A DNA stretch of 64,000 nt from Bacillota bacterium (GTDB lineage Bacteria; Bacillota; Ch66; Ch109). Numbering within the stretch: position 1 is the stretch's first letter; the number at the start of each line of letters is the position of its first letter. Of the stretch, positions 10,235-21,045 are shown in pieces. Location of the stretch: NCBI GenBank assembly GCA_050952625.1, contig JBMNLH010000001.1, positions 544,001 through 608,000 of the forward strand. The letters are read 5' to 3'. The translations under genes were made by a program, and so were the position numbers. A model generated the notes under the pieces. It was not told where the DNA came from. It saw nothing but the letters and a program-made list of their open reading frames with translations, and ran no database searches.

Positions 10235-11473
10235 GTGGGAGTACAGGTGGATTCAATAGAGCACCAACTAGAGGTGCTGCGCCGAGGCACCGCTGAAATT
10301 ATACCCGAAGACGAATTGATTAATAAACTGGTTAAGTCACGACGGGAAGGAAAACCGTTAAAGGCCAAACTGGGGCTTGACCCAACAGCACCGGATATTC
10401 ATTTGGGACATACCGTGGTTTTAAACAAACTCAGACAGATTCAGGATCTTGGACATCACGTTATCTTGATTATCGGCGATTTTACCGGCCGGATTGGTGA
10501 CCCGAGCGGTCGTTCCGAAACCCGAAAACAGCTGACCGAAGCAGAGGTTTTGGCTAATGCGGAAACCTATAAAGAACAAATCTTTAAGGTATTAGACCCC
10601 AATCGGACCCAGATCGTCTTTAACAGTGAATGGCTGGGGCCGATGACCTTTGCTCAAGTGGTGGAACTGGGAGCTAAGTATACCTTGGCCCGGATGCTAG
10701 AACGGGATGATTTTACCAAACGTTTTAAACAGGGATTGCCGATCAGTATTCATGAGCTTTTTTATCCACTAATGCAGGGATATGATTCAGTCCATTTGCA
10801 GGCAGATATTGAACTTGGCGGAACGGACCAGAAATTTAACCTGTTGGTGGGACGGGCCCTGCAGCGCGAATATGGCCAGGAACCCCAAATTGCCATAACC
10901 ATGCCGATTTTGGAAGGACTGGATGGGGTTCAAAAGATGAGCAAAAGCCTGGGGAATTATGTGGGAGTAAACGAAGCTCCCCGGGAGATGTACGGGAAAA
11001 TTATGTCCCTGCCAGATGAATTAATGCTGCGCTATTTTGAACTGGTTACCCGGGTTCCCCTTAGTGAAATAAACCAGATCGCCCAGGGTTTAGAACAGAG
11101 CACTTTGCACCCCCGGGACGTTAAGATGCGTCTCGCTCGGGAAATTGTCACCATGTATCATGGTTCTGAGGCTGCTCAAGCAGCGGAAGCTGAGTTCCGC
11201 AAGGTTTTTCAACAAGGGGAATTGCCTGATGACCTGCCAGAAGTCTTAGTGCCGGCCAAGGAAATAACAGAAGGTCGGATCTGGATTGGCCGACTGTTGG
11301 TCGTCTTAAATCTGGTACCCAGTACCAGTGAAGCCCGGCGATTGGTGACCCAGGGTGGAGTTCAAATAGATGGACAACGCATTGATGATCCGGCGGCCAA
11401 TGTTTTACTTAAGGACGGAAACGTGGTGCGGGCCGGACGACGGAAATTTGCCCGGGTAAAGCTAGGAAGCTAG
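10235..11473 (+). CDS. tyrS: Tyrosine--tRNA ligase
   Basis: [11 protein letters not shown] (HIGH), KMSKS, and a C-terminal S4 domain. Confidence 0.96.
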   Translation: MGVQVDSIEHQLEVLRRGTAEIIPEDELINKLVKSRREGKPLKAKLGLDPTAPDIHLGHTVVLNKLRQIQDLGHHVILIIGDFTGRIGDPSGRSETRKQLTEAEVLANAETYKEQIFKVLDPNRTQIVFNSEWLGPMTFAQVVELGAKYTLARMLERDDFTKRFKQGLPISIHELFYPLMQGYDSVHLQADIELGGTDQKFNLLVGRALQREYGQEPQIAITMPILEGLDGVQKMSKSLGNYVGVNEAPREMYGKIMSLPDELMLRYFELVTRVPLSEINQIAQGLEQSTLHPRDVKMRLAREIVTMYHGSEAAQAAEAEFRKVFQQGELPDDLPEVLVPAKEITEGRIWIGRLLVVLNLVPSTSEARRLVTQGGVQIDGQRIDDPAANVLLKDGNVVRAGRRKFARVKLGS

Positions 11474-11531
11474 TGGGACAGGGGGATTTGCTGTTGTTAT
11501 AGCCTGTTATCACTGCTTATTGTTTGCTGAC

Positions 11532-12473
11532 TTATGACCGATGATAAAGGGGAACCTTATCCCACATTGATCTGTTTGCCTCAGTCAGATATAGATTACT
11601 CTGGCGGTTATTGCCAACTAGATTTTCCAGATGCCGTTTAAGTCGGGGCTTTAAATCACTTCTTTGCAGAGCAAAGGTTAGATTGGCCATAATAAACCCC
11701 AATTTATCTCCGACATCAAACCGGGTGCCATAAAATTGATAACCGTAAATTTTTTCCTGGTGAGCTAGGATGCAGAGTGAATCAGTAAGCTGGATCTCTC
11801 CCCCGATACCCGGGGAGGCCTTAACCAGCAAGGGAAAGATAGCCGGGGTCAGGATATAGCGGCCAATGATGGCCAAGTCCGAAGGACTCTGTTCAAAGCT
11901 GGGCTTTTCGACTAAATCCCGGATAAGGCAACACGGATATTCATTGGTTTCTGGGTTGATGATCCCATACCGCTGAACATCTTCTAACGGAATCTTTTGG
12001 ACCGCAATTATCGGCGAGTGCAGTTTATCGTACAGGTCTAGCATTTGTTTAAGACAGGGAGTTGAAGCGATCACAATATCATCTGGCAGGAGGACCGCAA
12101 ACGGCTCGTCCCCTACTAGTTCCCAAGCCGAAGCCACCGCATAACCTAAACCTCGGGGGTGTTTCTCTCGGACGAAATGAATCTTGGCTAGATTACTGAT
12201 ACTTTTTATCGCTTCTAGCAAGTCAGTTTTACCTTGATGGCAGAGCCAGGTTTCTAATTCAATTGAACGCGTAAAATAATCTTCGACTATGCCTCTGTCT
12301 TGACGAGTTATAATGATTATTTCGGTTATCCCGGAGGCAACTGCTTCCTCAACTACGTACTGAATTGCCGGTTTATCAACGATGGGCAGCATTTCTTTGG
12401 GCTGAGACTTGGTTGCCGGTAGGAAGCGCGTTCCCCACCCTCCAGCGGGGATAACCGCTTTATGGATAGTCAC
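11532..12473 (-). CDS. galU: UTP--glucose-1-phosphate uridylyltransferase
   Basis: KAVIPAGGWGTRFLPATK, KEMLPIVDKP, LVEKP, GEIQLTD. Probable GTG start at 12473 after an RBS (ORF track starts at 12500). Confidence 0.92.
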   Translation of the reverse strand: MTIHKAVIPAGGWGTRFLPATKSQPKEMLPIVDKPAIQYVVEEAVASGITEIIIITRQDRGIVEDYFTRSIELETWLCHQGKTDLLEAIKSISNLAKIHFVREKHPRGLGYAVASAWELVGDEPFAVLLPDDIVIASTPCLKQMLDLYDKLHSPIIAVQKIPLEDVQRYGIINPETNEYPCCLIRDLVEKPSFEQSPSDLAIIGRYILTPAIFPLLVKASPGIGGEIQLTDSLCILAHQEKIYGYQFYGTRFDVGDKLGFIMANLTFALQRSDLKPRLKRHLENLVGNNRQSNLYLTEANRSMWDKVPLYHRS

Positions 12474-12860
12474 ACCGTTTAGCCCCCTCTCGATCAACAA
12501 GAGTTAATTAACCATCCTCACACAAAACCTGCCTTGGGAAGTACCCGGGCAGGTTTAAACGTCAGATTAACCGGATCATATAATGGGGCCAATTGTACCA
12601 GGGTATTCTTCTGATTGTGATTATATAAGCATTTGGTAATTAGCAACAAATTTACATTTTTTGGACGGCATGCCATTATTAAACTATATTTAAAGCATTA
12701 TACTTGATTTCCGGGGTTTTATCAATAGTAATTAGCAGGGAATGGAATTAATGTGTAGAATATATTTGGGAAATAATTTTAAAGAAAGGTGGTGCAGGTC
12801 TGGTTTTCTACCATTGTTAAAATCTAATCGCTTTAATAATGTTATAGAAACCAGAAAACT

Positions 12861-13556
12861 ATGATGGCAGATACTAACAAACCAATCCTAAAGTTTCATG
12901 GACATGGCTGTGTTCAATTAACCAGGGGCAATGTATCTCTTATTGTCGATCCATTTCTGAATGATAATCCGCAGTCTAAAATTCAGGCCTCAGATATTAA
13001 ATGTCAATATGTTCTAGTAACTCATGGTCATTTTGATCACTGTGCTGATGCGGCTCAAATAGTAGATAATAACCGGGCCTTGCTCGTTGGTACTCCGGAG
13101 GTGGCGCGGTATGTAGCTGATCAATGCCACAACCCAATGGTTGAAACCCTTGGTTTTGGGGCAAAAAAGACCTACGACTTTGGTTTCATTCGGGTAACCC
13201 CGGCCTGGCACGGCTCTGGAATCGCCGGGGCACTCCCGTGCGGTTTTATCGTTGGTTTTTATGATAAGGTTGTGTATTTTGCGGGTGATACGGGGCTCTT
13301 TGGTGACATGAAGCTTTTGGGTGAATTGGAAAACATCGACTACGCCGTCTTGCCTATTGGCAACTATTTTACAATGGGCCCAGATGATGCTGTCTTGGCG
13401 GCAGAATTTCTGAAAGCAAAAACAGTAATTCCCATCCACTATAATACTTGGCCGCCTATCGAACAAAATCCCAACGAGTTTGAGCGTAAAATGGCCGCAC
13501 ACAACAACATCGCGGTAATTATTCTTGAACCGGGTGCGGAAGTAGAGTTGACTTAG
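12861..13556 (+). CDS. Metallo-beta-lactamase-fold metal-dependent hydrolase (UPF0173-like)
   Basis: THGHFDH, AGDTG, LPIGNYFTMGP, PIHYNTWP. Confidence 0.88.
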   Translation: MMADTNKPILKFHGHGCVQLTRGNVSLIVDPFLNDNPQSKIQASDIKCQYVLVTHGHFDHCADAAQIVDNNRALLVGTPEVARYVADQCHNPMVETLGFGAKKTYDFGFIRVTPAWHGSGIAGALPCGFIVGFYDKVVYFAGDTGLFGDMKLLGELENIDYAVLPIGNYFTMGPDDAVLAAEFLKAKTVIPIHYNTWPPIEQNPNEFERKMAAHNNIAVIILEPGAEVELT

Positions 13557-13717
13557 CCCTGCTCTGGGATGGGATACGGGGATAGGTCAGGACACGGGGA
13601 CAGTCAAGTGTCCCGGGTAGTACTCTGGAATACTAACCCATGTTTTTTACTCGATATTAAGATGTATGAATAAGAGGCACCATCTGTCACTACTCCACAT
13701 ATATTGGGGGTGGAGGG

Positions 13718-14365
13718 GTGACAGCGGTGCCTTGTTTATTGCGTCGAAAAAAACCTAGAACCGGTTATATTTTCATTATCATTCTGAGCTTAGGCTTGAT
13801 TATCGGCAGCCTAATGGTTTTGGAGGGTCTCTTACGGCCGGGGATTAGGATCGCCGCAGAGGTTAAGGCCCGACAAATAGTTGTGTCGGTTATCAACCAA
13901 GCAGTAAAGGAAATAATGGTTGACGAGACGGTTTCCGCTGATTTAGTTGCTATTCATAAAGATAGTCAGGGCCGGGTAGTCCTAATGCAGCCGAATACGG
14001 TAAGGATTAATCGGTTAGTGGCGAATACCACGTTACACGTTCAGGAAGCGTTAAGTGACTTGAGTCAGGAAAGCTTTTCTTTTCCATTAGGGGAAGCAGT
14101 GAATAGTCCCTTGCTTTCCAGTTATGGTCCGGCGATTGATTTGAAACTAAGGCCAACGGGCAGTGCCCGGATTGAGCTTGAAGATCGCTTTGAGGCAGCC
14201 GGGATTAACCAAACCCGGTACTCAATTTATCTTAAGATTGAGAGTGAAGTAGTTCTGTTAACCCCAGTTCTAAGCCAAGATGTTAAAGTGGCGACAACCC
14301 TTCCTTTGACCGAAACAATAATTGTTGGTGAAGTTCCAGCCGCCTACCTTCAGTTCACTAAGTAA
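13718..14365 (+). CDS. yunB: Sporulation protein YunB
   Basis: N-terminal TM; PLG...GP, FEAAGINQTR and ETIIVGEVP motifs. Confidence 0.85.
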   Translation: MTAVPCLLRRKKPRTGYIFIIILSLGLIIGSLMVLEGLLRPGIRIAAEVKARQIVVSVINQAVKEIMVDETVSADLVAIHKDSQGRVVLMQPNTVRINRLVANTTLHVQEALSDLSQESFSFPLGEAVNSPLLSSYGPAIDLKLRPTGSARIELEDRFEAAGINQTRYSIYLKIESEVVLLTPVLSQDVKVATTLPLTETIIVGEVPAAYLQFTK

Positions 14366-14400
14366 ACTCGTCCAGCCTCACCGAACATCGAGGCCTCAGG
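14362..14400 (-). mobile_element. Partial end of the same mini-IS element (copy 3)
   Basis: GTAAACTCGTCCAGCCTCACCGAACATCGAGGCCTCAG resembles the GTGAACTCGTTCAGC...GAACATCGAGGCTTCAG end. Confidence 0.45.
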
Positions 14401-14476
14401 TTCCTGAAAAAAAGTACAGATAGACCTTCCGTACAAAATATCCTGAAGTACGGGGTGCGATTCACATAGTGAGTAA

Positions 14477-15586
14477 TCAAGAGCAGAGACTTTTGAGTAT
14501 AAAATAAGTGGACACTCCAGCCAAAAACCCGATCGCTGGGCTAAGTGCTATGCTAAGAACAACTACTCCGGCAAAGATAAACAACTCTTGATTATCTTCA
14601 GTTTTGATTGGTTTTATCAGATCTAGTCCACTATAAAAAAGCATCCCGCCTAAAACTGCCGAAGGAATAATCTGCAACATCTGCAAACCGGATGAACCTA
14701 AGAATAACCCGATAAACAGGAGTATCAAGCCGATAATAAAAGTGGAATATCCAGTTCTGGCCCCGAAACGATGATGGGCAGCCAATCCCCCACTGCCGTG
14801 ACATACCGGCACCATGCCCAATGGTGCACCTAGCAGGTTGCCAATCCCCAGAGTCAAACACAGGTTTTTATTGCTGACCCGTTCAGAGGTATCAGGGAAT
14901 AGCTGGCTAGCTAAAAAAGTAGTGACCAAGACAGAATTGGTTAAAGTTAGCGGCAATTGAGGCAGGGCAGCTTGAAAGAAGCCTCGGTAAAAATCATTCC
15001 AACCGGGCAACACCGGGTGGGGCAGGTTAAAGGCCCAATGTAAAGAGAGACGGCTGAGTTCCGGATGCAGGATGAATGATAAGGCCGTGCCCAAGACAAG
15101 GGCAACGATAGAGGCCGGAAAACGGCGATTCTTCATCAAGACTAGCATTATTAATAGAATGAGTATGCCTATTAGCCAATCACTGCTCACCATTTTCATA
15201 CCTAACATGGCTAAGCTAATGCCTAATCCGGTCTGAATACCAATAGTGACACTGGTAGGGGTGATCCTGGCCAATTTTTCGATCAGGCCGGTCACGGCAA
15301 TTATTAGCAGTAGCACACCAATTAAAATACCGGACGCCGCAATTTCTGCGGCTGTAAGATGATGGATAATAATAGCCGCCCCAACTACCTTCATGGGTTG
15401 AACCGGGATGGGCACCCGATAAAACCAAGCTGTGGCAAGATACATCAAGCCAAACATGACTAAGACGCTGGTTACATCCAAATTAGCGATGGTAATTGCT
15501 CCGATGACATAAGGAAGAAAAGTACCCAAATCGCCAACGGAACCGGCTAATTCACCACTTATATTATTTACTTTCGGTAATTTCAT
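14477..15586 (-). CDS. MOT1-family molybdate (oxyanion) transporter
   Basis: GSVGDLGTFLP, PIPVQPMK and CHGSGGLAAHHRFGARTG are MOT1 signatures; about 10 TM segments. Confidence 0.8.
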   Translation of the reverse strand: MKLPKVNNISGELAGSVGDLGTFLPYVIGAITIANLDVTSVLVMFGLMYLATAWFYRVPIPVQPMKVVGAAIIIHHLTAAEIAASGILIGVLLLIIAVTGLIEKLARITPTSVTIGIQTGLGISLAMLGMKMVSSDWLIGILILLIMLVLMKNRRFPASIVALVLGTALSFILHPELSRLSLHWAFNLPHPVLPGWNDFYRGFFQAALPQLPLTLTNSVLVTTFLASQLFPDTSERVSNKNLCLTLGIGNLLGAPLGMVPVCHGSGGLAAHHRFGARTGYSTFIIGLILLFIGLFLGSSGLQMLQIIPSAVLGGMLFYSGLDLIKPIKTEDNQELFIFAGVVVLSIALSPAIGFLAGVSTYFILKSLCS

Positions 15587-15701
15587 TTAATCCAAATCCT
15601 TTTGTATACCCGTATTTTCTAGTTGATCTATTATAACCTGGAGACAGCTGCTGGAGATCTAAGACAGATGATTAAATTTCGGGTACGGGCGCACCCTTAT
15701 T

Positions 15702-15736
15702 AATAAATACGGCGATGAAATCGCCGTATTTATTTT
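15702..15736. terminator. Intrinsic terminator-like hairpin
   Basis: AATAAATACGGCGAT-gaa-ATCGCCGTATTTATT perfect inverted repeat, downstream of the 43-aa ORF. Confidence 0.7.
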
Positions 15737-15765
15737 GGTTTGCTTACTAAGTAATGATTACTTAA

Positions 15766-15897
15766 TTATTCTTCTTTTTGTTGGCAGGTGCACGTATTCC
15801 CTTTGCCGTGGCATTCTTCGATTTGTTCCGGACTACATTCGCCCGGCTTTCCTTGAAGTTTTTCCGGGTGTAGACAAATACTATCTTGTTGGCACAT
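15766..15897 (-). CDS. Small Cys/His-rich protein, 43 aa (MCQQDSICLHPEKLQGKPGECSPEQIEECHGKGNTCTCQQKEE); not in the ORF track
   Basis: Near-perfect RBS AGAAAGGAGGTGA a few nt before ATG; 6 Cys and 2 His; last gene before a terminator. Confidence 0.75.
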   Translation of the reverse strand: MCQQDSICLHPEKLQGKPGECSPEQIEECHGKGNTCTCQQKEE

Positions 15898-15992
15898 GAA
15901 TATCACCTCCTTTCTTTAAAAAACTCAGCAATCGGTTTTTGCCGTGACAGCACCACTAATCAGTAGGGAGGTGTATCCGACTAATCTGATTA

Positions 15993-17126
15993 TTATTTAA
16001 CTTGATTAATCACCGCCATGCACCCCTGGTTATAGAGATTCCGGGCAAAGCACTCAATACAGATATCCGCCCCGGTCGTTGTATGCGGAAACATGCTGCG
16101 GCTGCCAACTGCTATTCTTTTAATCCCCATCTGCGCGCCAATCGTATCCGTCGGAATATCCCGAAAATAACCAGAAAACGGGTAGGGTTTGTTTTCATCG
16201 TCATCCTCATAATAAAGGTAACCCTGAGGATAAGCCAAAAAGTGGTGCTTACCCATATACATGGCAAAAAACTGTAATTCGCCTTGCTCGTAGTGATACC
16301 AATCAACACGGTTATTACAGCGGGTAAAGGGTAGCGGAAAATCTTCCTCGCCCACTCCCTCAATCACGATCAAGGCAATCTTTTTCTGGGGAAGATTTTG
16401 TTCAATTAAGCCTCGAATCCCCGTAAGCTCAGCAGCTTGACCCAAATCAGTGGCAATCGGAATGTAAGCGTTGTGGGCCGGGATATTCACGGGTCTGCGC
16501 AGGGTTGTGCCGGGAACCTTATAAGTATAGCCTTCTTGAGCCACCACAAAATACTCCGGTAGCCGGGACGCCTCCGCCACGGTTCCCTCAAAAACTTCTA
16601 AGAGTTCCTTCTTGGTTACGACCCTCTGGATCTGAGGCAGACTGGCAATATACTTTAGATCTCTCTCACTGGCATGATGTAAACCCGCATAGCTGGCGGT
16701 CCAATTACTGGCGGCGGCCAGTCCGTCTAAATGACTAAAATCAATATACCCTCGGAGGGGGACTAAACCGCCTGTGCCAACAATAACCGGGGTAAATCCC
16801 GAACTGTGAACAAACCGGTCAATCTCCTGAAACACCGCCTCTATAATTTGCCGTTTATTTTCAGCCGATGTCTTGTAGAAACGAAACTGAAAGTAGGGTA
16901 AGCCGTAACTGATAAACGCGAATTGCGGATCATACTTGTCGATCAGATTCAGGGTGGTATCGGTTACCCAGGCATTGGTGGCCATTTCCACATCTCCGGG
17001 AAAAGGGTGCTTTGCCAGGATTCCTTTGACCATCTCAACGGTTGGGTCGTTCGTTTCAACCTTTTGGCCGGTCTTCAGGTCGAAAACCCTTTGCCATTCC
17101 CTAGCGTCAATTATGCCGATACTCAT
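15993..17126 (-). CDS. Hypothetical protein, possibly of alkaline-phosphatase/phosphodiesterase-like fold
   Basis: Translationally coupled (TGATG) to the radical SAM gene; weak resemblance to alkaline-phosphatase-superfamily segments. Confidence 0.6.
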   Translation of the reverse strand: MSIGIIDAREWQRVFDLKTGQKVETNDPTVEMVKGILAKHPFPGDVEMATNAWVTDTTLNLIDKYDPQFAFISYGLPYFQFRFYKTSAENKRQIIEAVFQEIDRFVHSSGFTPVIVGTGGLVPLRGYIDFSHLDGLAAASNWTASYAGLHHASERDLKYIASLPQIQRVVTKKELLEVFEGTVAEASRLPEYFVVAQEGYTYKVPGTTLRRPVNIPAHNAYIPIATDLGQAAELTGIRGLIEQNLPQKKIALIVIEGVGEEDFPLPFTRCNNRVDWYHYEQGELQFFAMYMGKHHFLAYPQGYLYYEDDDENKPYPFSGYFRDIPTDTIGAQMGIKRIAVGSRSMFPHTTTGADICIECFARNLYNQGCMAVINQVK

Positions 17127-18130
17127 CAAGACACCTCCCTGGAGTGCCAATTGATTTTTTGGCCATGCAGTTTAATTTCCCGACCACAGGTTGGACATTT
17201 ATTCTCTAAGCACGAAAACTTAGCCAGTCGGTCTCCGCCGCAGCCAAGGCTCAATCGCTCAATCACCTCGGTCCCGCAGTCCGGGCAAATAGTGTTGACC
17301 CAATCGGAACCGACAAAGTTATGAAAATAGACGTATTGAAGTTTTTCTCTGACCAATTGCAAAACATCGTTAATCCGGTCAATGCTCGGATATTCAAATT
17401 CTTTCATCTTATACTCGGGCAGCAGACGGAAAACGTGAAAAGGTATCTCTCGATCAATTCCAGCCAGAAAAGTGGTCATTTCCTCAAGTTCGTGATCATT
17501 AATGGTTTGAATTATCGGCACGGTAACCTCAAGATGGTTGGTCGCGGCTAAACGCCGGATATTTCGCAAGACCGGTTCTCCGTTCTTTATCCCGATATAA
17601 TCGCGGTAAAATTCTGGAGACATCCCTTTAAGGCTAATATTAATGAAAGAAAAAATGCCGGCGATGATCTCCGTGGCCTCTTCCGTCATATAGGCATTAG
17701 TCAAACACCCCATAGGCATTCCAATGTCACGAGCAACTTGACTGACTTCAATCAGTGAAGGCAGTGAGACGGTAGGTTCATTAACGTTGAAGACTATATT
17801 ATGACAGCCTTGTTTTTGGGCCATTTTTACCAATTCTGCCGGGGTAAATTCAAACATGCCTTCCTGCTGTTTAGCCGGGTCTTCTTTGGCGACATAGGCA
17901 TTTGAACAATAGCGGCAAGCAAAATTACAGCTGCTGGTGCCAATGACCATACTGCGGCTGCCCGGATAGGCGTGATAGAAAGGGATAGATTCGATCTTGG
18001 AAATATTACAGGTTGACCATCGATTGGGAAAACGCTCCTTAACAAGTCCATTTTCCCCATAATACATTTTACAAACGCCAAATTTGCCTTCGTTTAATTC
18101 ACACCGCCATTCACAATAATTACATTGCAC
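17126..18130 (-). CDS. Radical SAM protein, AmmeMemoRadiSam/PFL-activase-like
   Basis: N-terminal CxxCxxxC...GxC; SAM cluster motif CNFACRYC; NEP; C-terminal CPDC...CPTC. Confidence 0.85.
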   Translation of the reverse strand: MQCNYCEWRCELNEGKFGVCKMYYGENGLVKERFPNRWSTCNISKIESIPFYHAYPGSRSMVIGTSSCNFACRYCSNAYVAKEDPAKQQEGMFEFTPAELVKMAQKQGCHNIVFNVNEPTVSLPSLIEVSQVARDIGMPMGCLTNAYMTEEATEIIAGIFSFINISLKGMSPEFYRDYIGIKNGEPVLRNIRRLAATNHLEVTVPIIQTINDHELEEMTTFLAGIDREIPFHVFRLLPEYKMKEFEYPSIDRINDVLQLVREKLQYVYFHNFVGSDWVNTICPDCGTEVIERLSLGCGGDRLAKFSCLENKCPTCGREIKLHGQKINWHSREVS

Positions 18131-18965
18131 TCCTTACCATCTCCTTTTCCCGCATCTCTAGTTCATGCGTCAGGCAATCACAAAGATTACGTGGTACTAC
18201 TACCGGCAAACCGGCATTTGTCGCGTCTAGCCGGATATTTTCTCCCAGGGCCTGCCTCAGATGGGTATCTTTCATGATTTTTTCCGTTAATCCTTGAATC
18301 ACGACCCGCCCCTGTTTGAGCATAATGATTTCATCGCAGTAATACAGAGCCAGATTGGGATCATGCAGCGTTATCAAGGCAGTTACCCCGCGTTGCTTCA
18401 CCACTTGCTTCATCAATTCCATCATGCGGTGCTGATTACAAAAATCCAAATGGGAATTGGGTTCGTCCAGGAGCATCAGCGGAGTATCTTGATAAAGGGC
18501 TCTGGCTAATAAAACCATTTGCTGTTGGCCGCCTGACAGTTTATTGTACTGGGCTGAGGCCAGTTCGCTAATACCGACCTCAGCCATTACTTTATACGCT
18601 TTCTGCCTTTCACTTTTCCCGGGAGAGGCCCAGGCTTTCAACCTAGCGGCACTCCCCATCAGAACTATATCCAGGACCGGAAAGGCGAAAACGGAATAGC
18701 TGCTTTGTGGGACAACGCTAATAAGTTGGGCTACTTGAACCCGACTTAACCGGTTAACATCCTTACCCATTACTGTGATCCGGCCACGATCGGGCTTAAT
18801 AATAGCGTTGATACAGTTCATCAACGTTGTTTTTCCCGAGCCGTTATGCCCCAATAATCCACAAATTCGTCCTTGACTCACCCAGGTATTAATCTCTTTC
18901 AGAACTGGTTCCCGGCCATATCCAGCAGTAAGGCCAGTTATTTTAATAGCCACTTTTTGCTGCAC
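18120..18965 (-). CDS. ABC transporter ATPase (FeCT/BtuD type)
   Basis: GHNGSGKT, LSGGQQQ, LLDEP, HDPNLA. Confidence 0.92.
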   Translation of the reverse strand: MQQKVAIKITGLTAGYGREPVLKEINTWVSQGRICGLLGHNGSGKTTLMNCINAIIKPDRGRITVMGKDVNRLSRVQVAQLISVVPQSSYSVFAFPVLDIVLMGSAARLKAWASPGKSERQKAYKVMAEVGISELASAQYNKLSGGQQQMVLLARALYQDTPLMLLDEPNSHLDFCNQHRMMELMKQVVKQRGVTALITLHDPNLALYYCDEIIMLKQGRVVIQGLTEKIMKDTHLRQALGENIRLDATNAGLPVVVPRNLCDCLTHELEMREKEMVRSAM

Positions 18966-19965
18966 CGCCCTTTCTGCTTATTATCAGATAGCCCAAAAAT
19001 GGTGCGCCGAAGAGCGAGGTAATAATACTAATCGGTATTTCCGAGGCTGTAACTGTTCGGGCAAAAGTATCCATCAGTAGCATAAAACTGCCTCCTAAAA
19101 ACGCGGCCGCTGGAATCAGTCTTTTATGTTCAGTACCGACCAAAAAACGGGCGATGTGAGGCATGATCAGGCCGACCCATCTTATCTCGCCGACGGTTGC
19201 CACGGCGGAAGCGACAATCAAGGTGCTTATCCCTAAGTAAAAGAGACGCCATCTCTTAATGTTAACCCCTAAAGATAAAATTTCTTTTTCATCCTGGGTC
19301 ATAATGTTTAAACGCCAACTGAAAATGCAAAGGATAATGGAACCGATGATAATAATCGGCAGGGTGATCTCGACTTTTGGCCAACTGCTGGTTTGAAAGC
19401 TGCCCATGGTCCAGAACATGATTTTCGCTAATTGGGTGTATGGATCTGAAATATACTGAAGAATTGATAACCCTGCCTGGAAAATGGCACTAACCACGAT
19501 TCCCGAGATTACTAAGACTGACGCGGATTTATCCCAACTCCGGGTCCCCAATAGAAAAGTAATGCCGACAGCTAAAACGCCAAAACAGAAGGCGGAAAGC
19601 TGAATCCCCATGGCCATTTCGGTTATTAAAACGATACTCAGGGCTGCGCCAAAAGCTGAACCGGATGATACTCCCAAAATATCAGGGCTGGCTAAGGGAT
19701 TACGGAACAGGGCCTGAAAAATAACCCCGGCAATAGCGATGCCGCATCCTACCGCAAAAGCCATAATTATCCTGGGTAAACGAACATTCCAAAATACAAT
19801 TGCTGAATTCTCGATCGGGGCATCTAATATGCCCTTAATCCCTAACTTAGCGAAAAGGATACTGCCTAACTCAGCAAAGCTAATGGCATAACGCCCTACG
19901 CTCAAGGACACGATTAGAGAGAGGATAAAAACAATAATCAGGATAATCCAGATTTTTCTTTGCAC
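18943..19965 (-). CDS. ABC transporter permease (FecCD/BtuC family)
   Basis: VRLPR, QALFRNPLASPDILGVSSG, WVGLIMPHIAR. Confidence 0.92.
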   Translation of the reverse strand: MQRKIWIILIIVFILSLIVSLSVGRYAISFAELGSILFAKLGIKGILDAPIENSAIVFWNVRLPRIIMAFAVGCGIAIAGVIFQALFRNPLASPDILGVSSGSAFGAALSIVLITEMAMGIQLSAFCFGVLAVGITFLLGTRSWDKSASVLVISGIVVSAIFQAGLSILQYISDPYTQLAKIMFWTMGSFQTSSWPKVEITLPIIIIGSIILCIFSWRLNIMTQDEKEILSLGVNIKRWRLFYLGISTLIVASAVATVGEIRWVGLIMPHIARFLVGTEHKRLIPAAAFLGGSFMLLMDTFARTVTASEIPISIITSLFGAPFLGYLIISRKGGAAKSGY

Positions 19966-20010
19966 AGAAATTCCTCCGGTTGGTTTTTGCCGATTTAACC
20001 CTTGACGTGA

Positions 20011-21045
20011 CTAGAGTTTTCCACCCATTTCTGTGAAAGAATGGCCATAGCATTTCGTATAGAATTCATTGGCTTTCTCTAACATGTCAATGTCCGCAAA
20101 TTTTTCAGGATAGAAAGTTTTGCTCAGCCATAACACACCCAACACACAGTTAGGAGCCGGGAAATCCCACCAGCCAATGTTAGACGGCATGCTGTAAACC
20201 TTTTTCTCCTGAACTGCTTTCACTGTTTGGAAGTGTGGATTTTTATATACCTGTTGGTCGCCATAAGTATCCAGGGAAGAACCCAAAACTATGACCTCAG
20301 GATTCCAGGTAGCCACTTGCTCAGGAGATACCTCGGTCCAATATCCTTTAATATCTTTTGAGACACTCACGGCCCCAGCTAATTCGATTAATTTAGTAGT
20401 CAGCATATCTCCACTGGCCACCGTATAGACACTCTTGGGACCGGCAAACATTATCCGTGGCTTTTCATCTTCCGGGACATTGCCAACTCTCTGGTTAACC
20501 AATTCTAAAATATTTTGGCAGTAGGCAAGATATTCCTCACCTCGGTCCGGACAATTTAATACTTTGGCGATCAATCTTACCGCTTCAAAAGCTTCCTCAA
20601 AAGTCTCACCATTTACTGCAACCACCTTGATCCCCGCACTTTCAAACTGGTCAATCATAGACGCATCGGAAGAAGCATAAACGAAAGCCACCTGGGGTTG
20701 GAGGGCGATTAATTCTTCCATATTAAGGCCCATGCCCTCTGAAAGATAGGGTTTAGCAGCGTAAACTGGATCAACCGAGCCTATTGCCTTACCTAAATTG
20801 CCATAGATTGCCTGATCAACGAGTTTGTCCTGTTGCCCTAGCGCAAAAGCAATGTGGGCGGCAAAATGGTGGGTCCCGGTAATTTTGGTAACATCTTTCG
20901 GCACAGTCACGGTTCTGCCTAACTGATCAGTAACGGTGATTGTGGCTCCTTTCGGTGCCATTGCTTCATGAGCACAGCCACTGAGCATTAAACTCAAGAT
21001 TAAGACCATCACTGTAAATAAAGATAAACGCGATTTTTTCCGCAA
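20011..21045 (-). CDS. ABC transporter substrate-binding lipoprotein (type III, BtuF/MolA-like)
   Basis: Lipobox LSGC; TDQLGRTVTVP; NMEELIALQP; VSPEQVATWNPEVI. Confidence 0.88.
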   Translation of the reverse strand: MRKKSRLSLFTVMVLILSLMLSGCAHEAMAPKGATITVTDQLGRTVTVPKDVTKITGTHHFAAHIAFALGQQDKLVDQAIYGNLGKAIGSVDPVYAAKPYLSEGMGLNMEELIALQPQVAFVYASSDASMIDQFESAGIKVVAVNGETFEEAFEAVRLIAKVLNCPDRGEEYLAYCQNILELVNQRVGNVPEDEKPRIMFAGPKSVYTVASGDMLTTKLIELAGAVSVSKDIKGYWTEVSPEQVATWNPEVIVLGSSLDTYGDQQVYKNPHFQTVKAVQEKKVYSMPSNIGWWDFPAPNCVLGVLWLSKTFYPEKFADIDMLEKANEFYTKCYGHSFTEMGGKL

